A DNA stretch of 64,000 nt from Raillietiella orientalis. Lineage: Eukaryota. Under the pieces are notes generated by a model. It was not told where the DNA came from. It saw nothing but the letters and a program-made list of their open reading frames with translations, and made no database searches. The stretch spans positions 2,480,001 through 2,544,000 of the forward strand of contig JAYWIR010000024.1 in NCBI GenBank assembly GCA_036172245.1, written 5' to 3'. Every line of letters starts with the position of its first letter. The stretch's first letter is position 1. Below, piece after piece: positions 13,630 through 27,169 of the stretch. The position numbers and the translations under genes are program-made.

Positions 13630-14070
13630 ATCTGTGAGTAGATATATTTCATATTCGTTATGTATATACAATCACATACACCTTTGTGCACATTTGTATA
13701 TATCAACGCACATAAGGATGCATATGTATATTCGTACACATGGAAACTTAATGTATGTAGGCACAAAAATGGGGTGTATACATACATACATATGCATGCA
13801 AACATACGTGCATACACATCCATTATGCACAGGAGTGCGCTTATGTGTGTATACATATGTGTATGCATACATATATATAAATGCATAAATGTGTACAAAA
13901 GTACATATATATAGAAAGATAGATATGCACATACATTTATGCACATTAGGCACACCTACACATATGTATCCATGCATACACATGCGCATATATACAGGAT
14001 TTATCCGTATCGTCCCATACGGACACCATGCTCACAGACAGGGTCATGCACATATACATCATATACACAT
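13630..14070. repeat. Degenerate (TA/CA/TG)n low-complexity tract
   Basis: Alternating purine-pyrimidine runs such as ATACATACATATGCATGC. These explain the Y/I/H/M/C-rich spurious ORFs. Confidence 0.9.
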
Positions 14071-15756
14071 GAGATTCCTTGTTCTTTTGTCACCGAAAGC
14101 AAGTGTTTGGCCTGCCTATACAAATCAGCAGCGAGGGAATCCCATCATCCGCGAGCGGAGGAATCCTTCCACTTGCTCCACATAATTGTCCTACTTCCGA
14201 AAGATGAGCATCCATTATCTCAGTTAGATACTGTTGTTGAAAGAGCAGTTTGCTTACACGTTCCTATCACCAGGACAATTAATAACAGAAAGGCAGCATC
14301 CTTTTCAGGGAAAGAACACGAGGAGCAGCAGAATGTAACAGACATGTAACGGCGCTCGCTGATGGAGAAAAATTGCAGGTCTTATTAATTCCGAAGAAGA
14401 AGGACCATTTTCGAATGCTGAGCAGGAAAAGCGGAGCAATAATAATTAAATGGACAAAGCATGAAATAAGCGGCCATTTCTCTGTCTCTCTCTCTCTCTC
14501 TTTTTTTTTTTAGGAAAAAGAAAAAAGAAAGCAGGGGTAATTGTTCCTCATCTCCTTCGAGATATTTCACAGATAACGTGAAAGTTCACATTGCTAGGTC
14601 CAAAACAAAGAGGTCGTGTCTTGAAGCATGACTTTCAGGGATTCCTCTCTTGTTATTACGCTAATCAACAAGCCTTTCGAGGATCTCGCTACAAGGGAGC
14701 AGCTGACGACGATCCATGTGTGTCACACGTTCATGCGTGTGTTTGCCTGCCTGCGGGCGGGGTGAGGAGTACTCTTTTAACTCATGCACTTTATCGACCG
14801 CTCATGTTTGAGGTCGGCGCTCACTGACCACCGACTCTGATGAGTCTCCAGCACCGGCCCCCTTCTGCCTATCTCGCGGGGGCGTAAGTGCCCCCCCTGT
14901 AAAACTCTACACCTTATGCCTTTCTGAATTCTTCTCTTCCATGGCGGCGTAATTTCATTGTCGTGTAATGTATGACATTAAACTGCAACACATAATTATC
15001 AAAATTATTGACCAATAGCAAGCAGCCTTATGTGAAGGAACATTACGATATGTACAAACATGTTCTGCTCCTTATGTCTTTGATGCACATACCCTACATT
15101 GCCTTGTGGGGGGTTCTGCTTTTACCACTAGGCCACTATTCTCATACGTTCATGTTTCTGTGTGCTTGATACCCTCTCCGGATGATCGAACCTGGGTGCT
15201 CTTCTCGTAGATACGGAAGTTGAATCCAATTCCTTGTCACTTCCGCAATCTACTGGTGGGAAGTCCGCTATCCACCAATTTGCCGCTTTGTGTAGGCATT
15301 TTTCATATGTTATCTTCTTCCCATCCCATGCTGTGCACACTTCAAACGCGTTAAAAAGCGCACAATTGATGAAGAAGAGCACAACTCGCTTAGTCCACTT
15401 TTTCGTTCCTCTATAAATTCAATAGGGCGACAGATACTGATCTGCACGACCCACGTCCTTCACATACTTATTATGATCAATTATCGTCTCAGGTTTTTGA
15501 GTTGGTACGCCTTGATTTTCTTTTTACACTCCCCGTTTCCATTACTCGTACGGAATGTATCGCTGAAATCATATGTACATTTCTTTTACCACTATTGCAG
15601 ATTTGTATCGTACTTTCTACGAAATCCAGTTCGGCTACTTGAAACGGAAAATCATGGAGTCTGGAATACCCATTAACTCATGCATGGCAATTCATACAAA
15701 AATACACATGAACGTGTTACACATATAGATCGTCTGTACGTGGATGCGTACGCAAA

Positions 15757-15787
<31 letters not shown>

Positions 15788-16837
15788 ACATATGCGTGCA
15801 CGGAAATTCACCGGTTTTTTTCGAGACACACACACGCGAACGGTAGGTCAAGCTGTCCCGGTGGTGGTCGTTCGGATGTTTGAGGGTTCGTTAAGCAAGG
15901 GGATTGCAGACGGAAGGGATTGTGTTTAAAAAGCCGCGATGGTAAATTATCGACGGTCTGCAGAAGGCATTCCTCCCTGTGTGGACTGCTCCATGATCTC
16001 CCGCATCTTCTGAAGAAAGGGAAGGTGAAATGGGATGCCTCCGAACCACGCTGCTAAGTCATTTGCATGCCTTTGTGCATGACTACTGAATAGCAGAAAC
16101 TGCTACTTTTAGCACGCAAACGATGCCATTACGGATCTAACATTTGCCGAAGAGAGAAGTAAGACTGGTGCACTAATACCGGTGACTGCATTCCGGGATG
16201 CTTTCAACGCGGTGCTTTCCCGCTGACCTCACAAGGTGGCCTCCTGCCTTCGGGCTGCGGCTTTTTGATGTCTGAAATTCGATCCAAATACTTTGTCATC
16301 ATCAATTCTTTCTCTTCGTGTTTTCATCTCGTGAAATCCTCCTTTCCAAAAAAAGAAAAGAAAAGAATGTGATGAAGGGGTACCCGGTTTCCTCCGAATT
16401 AGAGCAGCGGGCTTCCGAAGCGGCGGGCGAGTTCCGGTGGGCAGACGGAATAAAATCGGACGGAGAAATTCAGAAGGGACGACAAGGTAAGGGAAGGTAC
16501 GGGGAGAGAAGCATCAGGCAAGAGAGAGGACGGATGGGGTGAAAGCTGAACGAGAAGACGAGTATTAAGCAACGTGGAAATAATGAAATAAAAACAAAAG
16601 TGCAGTGCGGGTGCAACGCAACACACGCAGCAATAATAACATTGGTATGTGGTGTGAGGATAAAAGATCGCGCACTGTAGTCAGAGCGAGGCGTGAGATG
16701 AACGAGGAGTGGACGAATTCAAAGAGATACAACTCTGCAGAAAGGGAGGAAGCGCTTCCATGCAGACTGATGGGGGTTGCACTTCCGTGACAGCGGGATC
16801 CAGAGGGGATGGCTTCCCCCGAAAGGATTGCCTCGAC

Positions 16838-17090
16838 GAAGTTGGTGGCCGTATGGCTAAGGGACTGCGCACGTGGGACCACACGGCGCAGGTTCGAATC
16901 CCACCGGGAATGGAATGGCTCCGCGAGAAACGGGTGAGTCGTGGGTTTCGAATCCCTGCCGTAGGGATTCGAAACCCACGCTGGACGCCCTGTAGGCTCT
17001 GGATGGCACTGGCAATGGTGGAAGTCGGACACCCTGTTTGACTGGCCGGGATTGGAAGTTGAACCTCCGGTTTCCGAGTTGCATCCTCTC
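16838..17090 (+). mobile_element. tRNA-derived SINE, copy 3 (5' part, best-preserved Pol III promoter)
   Basis: A-box-like TGGCCGTATGG at 16846-16856 and a perfect B box GGTTCGAATCC at 16891-16901. The body matches the reverse complement of ~19150-19290 (TGGTGGAAGTCGGA..GGGATTGGAAGTTGA). Confidence 0.85.
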
Positions 17091-17099
17091 GTGAGACCA

Positions 17100-17900
17100 T
17101 GCTCTTTCTCTCGAGGTGGATGATGGCTCTGATTACGGTTCGGTGCTCCAAGAGGTCTTCAACTTCGATCCTTAGCTACGAAGAGAGAAATCATCGGAAG
17201 ATTTGCTACCACGAGATTTTCCTATCGGAGACCATCTGGATCTCAGGATCCGAACTGCCGCTGGACCATATGAGTAACGAAGATCGCCCTCGACTCTTCC
17301 GTTCCTGTCCATTGTCGCGTCTTTGGTTTTCAGTCAGAAACCGCGCTTCTGGTGGCCACTTTCGATGACTCCAGATGAGACTGGCGGCAACGAAGGGAGG
17401 TACTGAGAAATGGTCCACGGATGCTCGTGATCGGATGGTCTCCTGCTCCCACATCTCGGCGATGGGAGATCCTCAGAAGAGGATCCCTGGAGGGTAGTAG
17501 GGCCCGTCACCGAGAAAGTTACCCCTGTGCAAGAGAGCACTAGTGGACCTGGTCACTCTTCCCTATTCAGGGAAGAGTGACCAGCTTCTTGTGACTGCCG
17601 GCGGATGCTGAACAGCGCATCGAAATCCAATGAGTCTCGAGGGTCGGAAGCGGACAGGTCCCTGATCGCCTCCCGGAGTTACGTAACGTGAGGGAGGGAA
17701 GGTCACTACGAGCCGGGAGCTTCCTCTCTGAGAGCGAGAGGCCCCTCGAGCAACGAGCGACCACCCTGTCGAACAGGGCAGGAGGGGGGGAGAGCGGCAG
17801 GGTGAAGGCAGAACCCTCCCTTTCTCGAAGACCGAAGGGGCGCAGAAAATTGTGACGGCGCGCTCGCGATGGTGCAACCTCCTCAACGAATGCTGATTTT
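17100..17900 (+). mobile_element. Decayed L1/Tx1-like ORF2 (post-RT) fragment
   Basis: Weak remnants (RKICYHEIFLSETIW..ELPL) resemble the thumb region of L1/Tx1 ORF2. Confidence 0.35.
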
Positions 17901-18769
17901 CAAGTTTAATATTCTGGAATTCCTGCCGGGTTGCAGACACCTTCAGGTGATTTTTGGGGAGAAGGCTCATCGTACCGATGTGGGTGGAAGCGAAGAGGGA
18001 AAAAGAAAGGTTACCTTGCAAAGTGGGTCAGATCTTCCTGCAGCTAACAAAGTTCCAACAGTCCTGAAAAGCCTCTTCCGATGGACTCAGCAATCACAAT
18101 CATCTTCACCATCCGAGTTGCTGAAAGAGATCCTGAAGCATTTAACTGCTTCTTTTTTTGTGTTGTTTTTTTTGTGCCAAAATTCTGACCCCATGTGCGA
18201 ATTCCTTCCTCTCCATCCCTCTGAGCTCCGGGGACTCGTCTCTTGTTCCAGCTCGTTAAGAAAAGGTCTCCTCAGCTGGGTGGCTCTTTTGGGAAGTGAG
18301 GATGCTACTTTCGGAGACCCCTTTCTCAATAAAGGATGCATCTGAAAGCATCATTCACTAAGGAAAAAATCAAAATAGCATCATCACCACCTTTGCTGTA
18401 TGTATCCATCCTCTGAGAGGCTTAGCACGCACTCGTGTCCACATATGGGGATCATTCCCCGCATCGCTGCTTTTTCTTTCGATCCGGAATGCCTTCTGTG
18501 GGGATGCAGAGAGGAAGGGAGGACGAAGGGGGGGGGGGGAGAAAGAGGAGGAGGAAAAAAGCTGATGTTACATTACATCAATGGCCGCAACACCTGAAGA
18601 AAGATATGGAAAAGACAGATGACAGCAGTGAAAACAACTGGCTTTTCTAGTGAAAAAAGTTGAAGTGGAGAACATTTAACCCATGGAAGAAAAGCAAATC
18701 CTCTATAATGAAACGTAAATGAAAAAAACATCCTTGGCATCTTGTCCCCAGGCGTTCACAAGCTTGGAA

Positions 18770-19355
18770 AGTATTATACGATCTCAGGAAGGCTCCGGAG
18801 GAAGGAGTCTGCTCCTCTTGAGCTTGGTAGGAACCTTCGTCCTGATTGTCTTCGAAGAGAACCCTAAAAGGAAACTTCTTCTTCATTCTATCCGGAGGTT
18901 TATTCTCCAGAGGGAACCTGAAAGGGGACACCTTGTTTCTTCCTCTGAAGAGAACCCCAAAGGGACGCTTCCCAATTTTTCTGAAGAACGCTTTCCCTAA
19001 GGGAGCAGTGCACTTCTACGCACTTCTCTAGAGACGCAACCCTCCGAAGGAGGTATCAATCAGCTCCATGTCACGCGATGAAAGGGGGCTATATCTTCAC
19101 AACCGGAGTGGAATCCCGAAATGAACCGGCTCCTTGATTCCTGGAAACACCCCGGAGGGTCAACTTCCAATCCCGGTCAGTCAACGGAGGCATCCGACTT
19201 CCACCAGTGCCGCCCCCAAAGTCTACAGGCCAGCCAGCGTCAACCTGCAGGGAGGACTCGAAACCCATTTCTGAACGTGGATCCTCCACGCGAGGATTCG
19301 AACCCGCAACGCTTGGAGCCACGAGCGGAGAACGTGGCCGCCAACGCAAGCCGCT
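18770..19355 (-). mobile_element. tRNA-derived SINE, copy 4
   Basis: Minus-strand head GCGTTGGCGGCC..GCGGGTTCGAATCC. The plus strand shares CAGGAAGGCTCCGGAGGAAGGAGTC and AAGGGACGCTTCC with copy 1. Confidence 0.85.
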
Positions 19356-19499
19356 GGCTGAATCTGTCGGCCGCTCTGTTTTTTTTTCCCTTCCCTCATC
19401 TTCAGCAGCTCTCTCGACCTCCACTTTTGTTTTTCAAATTTTTAATGCATTCCTCTCACGAGTGGAATTTTCTCTTCTCTAAGAGCGCTTTGCCTGCAG

Positions 19500-20620
19500 T
19501 CACACTTCCGCACGTCTTCGGCCATCGCTAAGCAGCGAAGGAGTTCGAAGACGCTCCGAGTCACAAGAAGCAACAGATCGTAAGCTGTCAGGTTTACGCC
19601 TCGAGATTTTCGAATCTACCGCAACCGCAAGAGGCCCCAGCATCCGTGCGTCCACGTCCGCAACTGGTTCTTTTTCGAGTCGCATGCTTTGAGATACTTC
19701 TTTGCAACGCTGCAAAGAACCTCTCGTACACTTGGATTCAGAGGAGGGGTCACAGGGATTCTGAGACAGAAACGGGTGAGCTTCCGGAATGCATCTTGCA
19801 TCTGATGAGTCCTCGAAGGAATAGGTTATACAGAGGCTCGCATCTCTTAGAAACCAAAGAATGATCCACTGAAGCTTTGGTAGAATAGGAGTATGGAGAT
19901 GGCCCCTACTAGGACGAGTAGGTCTAGAATTAAAAGGACGGCGGTGATGAAGGTAGGTCATGATAAAAGTGGTGTTTGAGAGATACATTCGTGAGGTTTG
20001 TGCAGATGATGGCAGTAGCGAATCATGGTGATAGGATTCCAACTAGACGAAGGGAGGAGACGGCTGGTTAGATTCTTTTGCATGAGCTGGAAAGGGGTGT
20101 TTGAGTGGTATCGTGCTCCCTGTAAAGCGATGCGGTGATGAGACGACGCCAATGAAACACAGCACTCCAGCATTCAGTTTCCAAAGATGAAGCGAGTATT
20201 CCAATGTTTTATAGTCAGAGGATACGAGTCGTCGTTGCATGAAGTTTATATGACGTAGCATGCCAATCCCTTGAAATTTGCAACATTCCCCCCCTCCCCC
20301 CAGTCGTTTCTTCCCTCTAAATGGTCCTTTCAAGCTATATAAAATTGATCTTGCCAATTCCAGGTGGAATATGCAGGAAAAGCTGCAAAAATGCACGGAA
20401 ATCCTCATTTCGAGGATTTTACATACCCAGCCAATAATCTCTGTTCCATCGGCTTGTAGAGAATCAGCCAAGTGAGCGTTTGCAGCTTTCAGAAGCAAAC
20501 TTGTTTTCTCTAGAGCCGCGGGTTCCACATGATGCGGCTGGACCTCTGGGTCCAAAAAGCACATCGCTCCCTCTGGGACCGGATGGGAATCCCGCAAATT
20601 TTTTGCGAGTCCTATACTTG
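19500..20620 (-). mobile_element. Decayed R2/NeSL-like reverse transcriptase N-terminal fragment
   Basis: Remnants DYKTLEYSLHLWK and PSSSWNPITMI..CHHLHK resemble the PD.I.Y..WK and NWRPI..L.K motifs of RT domains 0-1. Confidence 0.5.
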
Positions 20621-20699
20621 GAGGCTCCTCGAATTAAAGCAGACCTATCTTGTTGCTAAATGAGCTTCTTACGTTCGATTATGAAGGCCAATTAGCGTG

Positions 20700-23600
20700 T
20701 TAACTCGGATCAGCTGTTGGGGGAAGGGCATTCGCCGGAGTCCATCGCAGTGGGGTCCGGCGCAGTTGGCAGGTGTACTGTGGGTGATACACAGATTGAC
20801 GGGGGGTGATTATCCACAGCATCCGCAGCATTGCAGCTGAAGAAGTTCGTGGTTTCCCTCGTTCGTGGCCACATTCGGGAACCCGTGATTGGATTCCATC
20901 ACATTTCCCGGAAGCGCTGCAAGGATCGTCGAGAGGCGAATTTCCACCTCCCATGCGCTGCCTTTACGACGCACTTGGCAGGCGTATCGTGAGTGACCAC
21001 ATGTTAATGGACGATGGCGCCGCTGGCAGTTAGGATGAGAAGGAGTATCTCGTCCCACACCATTCGTCTGGGGCGCGTTCCATCTTGGCCGATTAGCCGC
21101 TCTTCTTACGGAAAGAGCCTCGAGTATGAACCCACAGTGCGAAGATCCGTTTCCGGCAGAGGAAAAAAGCAAACACTCTGGAATAAGGAAACAGGGAAGG
21201 CAGACACATCGGAACCCAAAACAGGAAAGACGCTGCTACCACGTGCTTGGTGTCTCCCTGCTGAAACCTGAGCAATCGAGTGCTGTAAGGGAGAAACGAG
21301 CGGAGAGGATGGTGGCGCCAGGAAGGGTTGATGCCCGGGAAGCAGATCAGGTGCAATCCGCGGTGCGAAACGGAAAGCGAGGCGTTGAATCTCTAAGCGG
21401 CGTTTAGCTGGGATGGGGTGAACCTGCGAACTTCACGCAGGTTCCAAGCGCAGGCCAGCTGGCCACTGGGATTTCCATGCATCGCTTTCCAATGACAAGT
21501 CGGCCATAGATAATGAAAGATACTCGGAGTGCCAAGGATCGGCTCAAGGATGCACTCAGGCATACGAGCCAGAAAAAGAAGAAAAAAAAGAAATGGATTC
21601 ATGGTGCGTCCTCTTTTGAGTTTCCGTATCAACGCCTGGAACTAATAGTAAGCAAATAGTCTCGACGGGATATTCCTCGTATCCTAAGAAATGCAAAAAA
21701 GGAAGGAAAAAAAGAACTGCAGCATTTGTGAAAGGGAAGATCGAATTCACAGCCAGGTTCAGCAGGAAGTCAGCCACTGTTTCTCGCTGAACGATACTGG
21801 TCCACGGGTGGTAACCGGAAAACGTGAAAAGAAAGTCTCAGATGTTCGGGGTTTTTTAATGCTAGGGTTGTCCCGTCGGGAGTCATTCAGGGATCTCCTT
21901 TGCTTTTCTTCCAAAGAACCTCGCAAGACTGCCTTTTTTCAAATGCGATTTCAAGGAAGGAGGCACACCATGATCATGATTGCCAAGGAGGGAAAAGAGA
22001 ACAGGCAGCTTTCTCGGCTGCTTCCTGGAATGGAAGCTGCGTTTCTGTTAAGGAGTGGCTTTTTTTTGTTCTTTTACAATGAGAATCCACTGGCTTCAGT
22101 TCTGTTTTCTGTTGCTTTGATTTACAATTAGATACATGTTACAAGGGAATTTCTCGGCATTCTTCCGGAATTCCTCCTCTGTTCATCTGAGGCTCTCGTC
22201 GCCCCTGAGCGTGTCGCTTCCTCGGCTTCCTGTACTTCATAACGCGAGAGCTGACAGCTGGGTTCTCCTGCTGTATCTGTTTATCAGTCCTTCGTGTGAC
22301 GTGGGCTGCATAGATGTCTCTGGAGTACCAGATTCAAGAAGCCACGATCCAGTGCCTCATCGTCCCTAGGATGACTCCTGTCCCGTTTCTCGATGGAAAA
22401 TTCGTCTTGCCGGAGCAGGCCTCTATCTGAAACACCTTCGTTTCCCCGCTTTTCTGTCCCTTATTTTTTGTTTGCTCGCTCCCTCATTCGGTGAAGATCC
22501 GGGCGCAGCCTCATGGGGAGCGGCAAGGTCCTGGATTCGATTGAATGAATTCAAGGCGCCGCGCCAGGACTCCGGTCTGGTCATCCTGACCATCGAGAAA
22601 ATCGGACTGCAGGTGCAGTTGCGACTTTTACTCCCTGTGTGGGAAACTGTGGTCCTCTCACTGATGTGCTCCGGCACATCACATCCTCCAGCGATGCGTT
22701 GGTAGGACTTCTTTCTCTACTGCCGCGCAACCTACACCGGAGGACTGGATTCGGCTACCACCTGAGGCATCTGTCCCCATTACTGTTAGCCTATACATGG
22801 ATCTCCTGCTGACCCATAAACTGGAATGCCTGACGGCAGGAGGCACTAGAGTCCTGGGCTTTCACTTTGGAAGTGATCCCAGAGGTACTGAGATCGCTCC
22901 AGGGTCTCCTACACAAATCGCTGGGAGATCTCTTGCAGGATTGGACGCAATGGTTCCGGATAGCCGTCACACCCCTTGCCGAAGCGCTGTCTGCCCTCAG
23001 GGCAAGCAATGACAGCAGCCAACCGGCGGGGTGGCAGTTCTCCTGCAGCATTGAAGGAGTCGAAATACTTCTGAACGGCTGCAAGACGAGCGAGTTGGTG
23101 GACGCCGCTACTCCTCTTTTCCGGGCAAAGGGACTCCTTTGATGCAGTGACCTGCTTGGTTTATCAACCGGTCACGCCAGGACGTTTGTTATAAAAAATA
23201 AACATACATGTGTTGGACCATCGGCCCTACATTGTCCGAAAATTATCGGAACCTGCCGAGTAACCGGCTTGTAGACCGGCGAGGTTCGCCTCAGCAGGAC
23301 CTGCTCGGAGTGACCTGCTTGGTGTGCCTCCCGAAGAACTAGTGGTCCCTTCCCTTTGTGTGTACACTTTCCTGTTCGCGTTACGCTGGAATTAGGATGT
23401 TTTTCTGCTTCTGCACTGAAGATTCCAGTGCAGTTTGAGCAGGCTCTTGCTTTCCAGGGGAATTGCCTTCCCGAACTGTTCAAGGCACGGGCGATGGAAT
23501 CGCTCCCGCTCTTTTTGTTGGACTGCAGTGCCCTCGCGGACTTATGGCAGAGACTCGCTTCGGCACTCCGTAGACCGCAGGATACCGCAACAGACTTGCT

Positions 23601-23945
23601 GTGGCGATTTTTCACAGAAAGCGGGCTGGAAAAAGGCGCTGTGATCGCAACAGTCGGTTGCATCCACGCCATGGTGACAGTCTGCCATTTGCTGGAATCA
23701 GATTCGCGGCGAGAGGCCACCAGCATGGCAGCAGCCCTCATAAGAGCAGCAGCAAGGTGGCTTCATCTGGCAGAAGAAGTTGTCAGGGAGATGGCCACCA
23801 TCCACAGTCGCTTCTGAAAATTAAGGAATGTTACATACCTGTCCCCATCCTCCCGTCTTTTTTTTTAATAATTGTCTCCTCCCTCCGTTACCTAGTTTTG
23901 GAAGCCGGCTTGTGCGCCGGTGGTTATCCCGAGTGAGCTTTTCTT
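20700..23945 (+). mobile_element. L1/Tx1-like LINE family B, long decayed ORF2 with 3' end
   Basis: RT-like remnants at 20770-21100 (RLGRVPSWPIS, like GVRQGCPLS). KAPRQDSGLVILTIEKIGLQVQLRLL at ~22550 resembles P..GGLG. C-terminus ESLPLFLLDCSALADLWQRL at 23356-23817. Interrupted by the insert at 23161-23308. Confidence 0.7.
23161..23308 (-). mobile_element. 5'-truncated family-A LINE 3' UTR (148 bp) with 15-bp target-site duplication
   Basis: Flanked by the exact direct repeat AGTGACCTGCTTGGT (23146-23160 and 23309-23323). Homologous to the 3' ends at ~29120-29255 and ~39000-39145. Confidence 0.85.
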
Positions 23946-23949
23946 TTTT

Positions 23950-25700
23950 TAGCGTTTCGTGTTTCTGAGGGGATACATTTCTTCCCCTCCTCCTTGTAGT
24001 TTATTTTGTTCCTGTTTCAGAATAAATGCCCTGGCGCAACCAGGTTCAAACATGGTCCCCAAGTGTTTTTTTTGGAATTCCAAGGTCCTGCAGTACTTCC
24101 TCCTTTCCTGAATCTCAGGCACCCAGAGAGCCAACGATGAAGGCCTGCACCCTGCACTGGTTTCCCGTCTCTGCCTAGATGGAGGGCTATTTCCTTGTAT
24201 TTAGCCTGTTTTCTCCTCCTAGCTGCTCTGAACGCCTCTCCTCCACTTTCATACGGGCAACAGACGTCCAGCACTATAAACTGGTTTCCATTTTTGGTAC
24301 CTAATTCCGGTCTTAAGAGGAAGTTCGTTCCTGGAGCTATCTGATTAATGGACACTAGGATCCATTTTGATTCATTCACTGCGGCCTTGATGATGATTTC
24401 TTGAATCGCGTCGTGTCACGCAATGGACAGATGAAAGCGACTTTTGTATCTGTTTAATACGTGAGACAATGTTTCGTCTTCTGTCCGGCAGCGCCGAGAT
24501 GCGCGTTTTTCTGGTCTCATCCTGGACCCAGCCCTGACTGGTAGGACCTTTAGTGTGACTGAGTAGATGAATCTATAGACATTTAATCACTAGCTTCACA
24601 GATGCCGATTAGGGCATTACAACAGTGAAGGACCAGGTTTCTCACGAGGTTGTGGTTTGAGACAACCTTTTCTGAAACTTGTTTCAGAAAACGTTGCATC
24701 CTGAATGCGAAGATAAATACAGGAACAGTCCTTCTTTTGAAGAAAAGGTGCGAAATGCCTCTGAAACATGCAGACTGGAAGCCAGTTGTCATAGAAAACT
24801 ACGAAGGACTTCTTCCGGAATCTGAAGGAATCCACAGTGATCGAAAGATCATTTATGCTGAGCAGAAAAATCCAGGTCTTTTAATCAGAGTGCAGACAGA
24901 ATCATTTGAAAGGTCTCAGCAATGCAACAGAAGCATTCTCCTCAACTTTTGGGTCTTTTTCAGCTTCCTCATTGTTGAGGAAGAACTGGTGTATGCAAGG
25001 TGTTCAGGGGTAAAAGTGTTCTCTGTGGAGGTGAGGGTTTTGTCGACTGGACTTTACCGCCTCAGTTGAAGCTCAGTCTTTCGCGAATACTGGCTACTCT
25101 AACCATCGGGCGAAGTCTCGAGTTCCGGTGGCGCTCGGAACTGAAGGTAGCTGGTCTTCCGGTGAACAGCAACTTTTCCAGCAGTTAGGAGGATGCCCTA
25201 GTCGGTGCACACGATGGATGTCCTAGCTGTGTTTCGTGTTGGGCGACACCATTAGCTTCCTGAGCTGGTCGACGTGCTTTTGTAGAATTTCCAGCCCTCG
25301 CGGGGCTCGTTGTCGTTCTTGGAATAACCGATCAACCGAGGAAGGTCGTGCAAATCGCAGCTTGAGTTCTTGAGAGAGGATGGAAAGATAAGAGTTTTCA
25401 GAATAAGGGTGTGATGGACCTTCGAAGAAAATGAACCACGAATCACGCCTGGCGATGCGATTTCCAATAAGCATAGGAGAATGAACCTGACCCCAGTCTG
25501 CGCGTGAGCCAAAGATAAGAAGCATAGCTTTTCATGATGGAAGACATGACCTTCCTTGGGTCATGTCTTGAACGGGATAGCATTGTGTTTAGGCACAACT
25601 GTTTACGGGTGAGAATTCAAGTTCCTCCGATTACAGATTTGTTCATGAGGAGCTGCTCAGTTTTGCACCTGTATGGGCAGAGCCCGACCGGAATGGCACT
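23950..25700 (-). mobile_element. Decayed NeSL/Utopia-like non-LTR retrotransposon, 3' half
   Basis: The minus strand reads RFIYSVTLKVLPVRA..RASRRCRTEDETLSHVLNRY..IA*HDAIQEII..LRPEL..IVLDVCCPYESGGEAFRAARRRKQAKY..AFIVGSLGA*DS..LQDLGI. This is the CCHC knuckle, RHD, PD..D and K..KY signature of RLE clades, with stops and frameshifts. Confidence 0.85.
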
Positions 25701-26599
25701 GATCTAATGTGCACAAGATGCGTGAAGAGTTTCTCCCATGCCACCTACCTTTCGCACACTCAGTCTCCCCATCTAGAGAGAGAAAACGGTCATCGAGAAA
25801 CACGACGAACCCGTAGCCCGGATCAAGAGCTAAGAAGCTGGAAAAGTGGTAGCTGGCGACCTCAAATCAGAGCGTTCCTGGAACAGACATTTCCTGCGAA
25901 TACAGTTGGTGCTCGATGGAGACGAGAGAATTAGCCTCTCCGAATCATTTGCTGAAACTCTTGAGGAAGCCACACGAAAAAAGGATAGCAAGCACTTACC
26001 TCTGCTGTCAAAGGAGTACCAGCGTTCTCCAGAACGACCTTCGTAGCATTCCCTATGATCACAAGATCATGGAAACGACCACGTGCTAAAGAAAACTAAA
26101 ATTCCCTAAGCGATAGGTGGAAAACATAAGGAGGGAAGTCGTGCGCCCAGCATACTCTTCTCTAGAGAGAGTAGAGCCTGGAGGCACAGGTTGACGGCAC
26201 CGGTCGAGATAAAGAAACCCTCGAGTGGAGGGTGAGATGGAGAGGACATGTAATGGAGAGCATCATGGTCATTGGTTGTACCTTCTGACACATCATTTGT
26301 AAAACACAAGCGCGAACAGATCGCTCACGCGCCTTCCTGAATGGTGACGCAGTGCTGTCAGATCCTGGGACCCACATAACCTGCTGGAATCTGAGTGATC
26401 CGCATCCTTTCTTTGTAAGACATTAGAAATCCCCGCTCAATTTTCGTGATCCAGAATTTCCGTGTTAAAGGAAACATGAAAATTCCAAACAACGTTTAAA
26501 ATTTCTCAACGAAGGAGTGTTTTTCACGGTTGTCGGATGTTCTTTCCGGAAGAAGCCACATCGATGTCGCAGATGTGTCAACGGCCAGAACAGCATAGA

Positions 26600-27120
26600 G
26601 AATAAGTTACGAAATTTCGAGTTCTCAAAAACTGAAAATTCGTGCGCGATACAGAGGAGAACGTAGGAGAGTATGTCCTTAATGTGGAGGAAAGGGAAGG
26701 GGTGCTCTTCGAGCGAAGACCACCAGAAGCGGTGAGGATCTCATCTGTAGAGGCTCTTGGTATGGGAGCCATCAATGCAAATGCCCCAACGCTTCATGAT
26801 TCAAACTCCATTCTCGAGAGGAGCGACCATCATCGACCATCATCTGGTCAACGAAATCAGAGAATCGATGGAGGGAAAACGGAAGGCATCCAGTCAGTGC
26901 CGAACCTGGTACTCCAGAGCTGGTCACGAGGTCGCCTAAAGACTTCGTCCAGACCTGGTACTTCGAACGGGGTATCGGCTAATCGAACTCGAAGTCGGTT
27001 GTCATGGTGAGAGCTGAGAGACGGTGCAGGAAAAGCTCTACAAAGGGAGGAGACAGAGGTAGTTCAGCAACCGAGTACCGTGTGGATCCTCAATAACCTA
27101 CAACCGAATCTTCTTGAATA
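26600..27120 (+). mobile_element. APE endonuclease C-terminal remnant (RTE/CR1-like)
   Basis: TPFSRGATIIDHHLVN resembles the T...G..IDH motif of LINE endonucleases. Confidence 0.4.
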
Positions 27121-27169
27121 TTTAGAACGATCTGTGTGACGTTTAGTTTCTCTATCAGAAGGTCCTTTT

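Noticed and set aside
16841..16910. Possible real tRNA gene
   Set aside because: No acceptor-stem pairing, and it continues directly into the SINE body.
23212..23298. Twister-like GCCGGTCTACAAGCCGG motif in the family-A 3' UTR
   Set aside because: The UAA cleavage loop and the GAG segment after P2 are missing. I kept it only as a generic structured-RNA finding.
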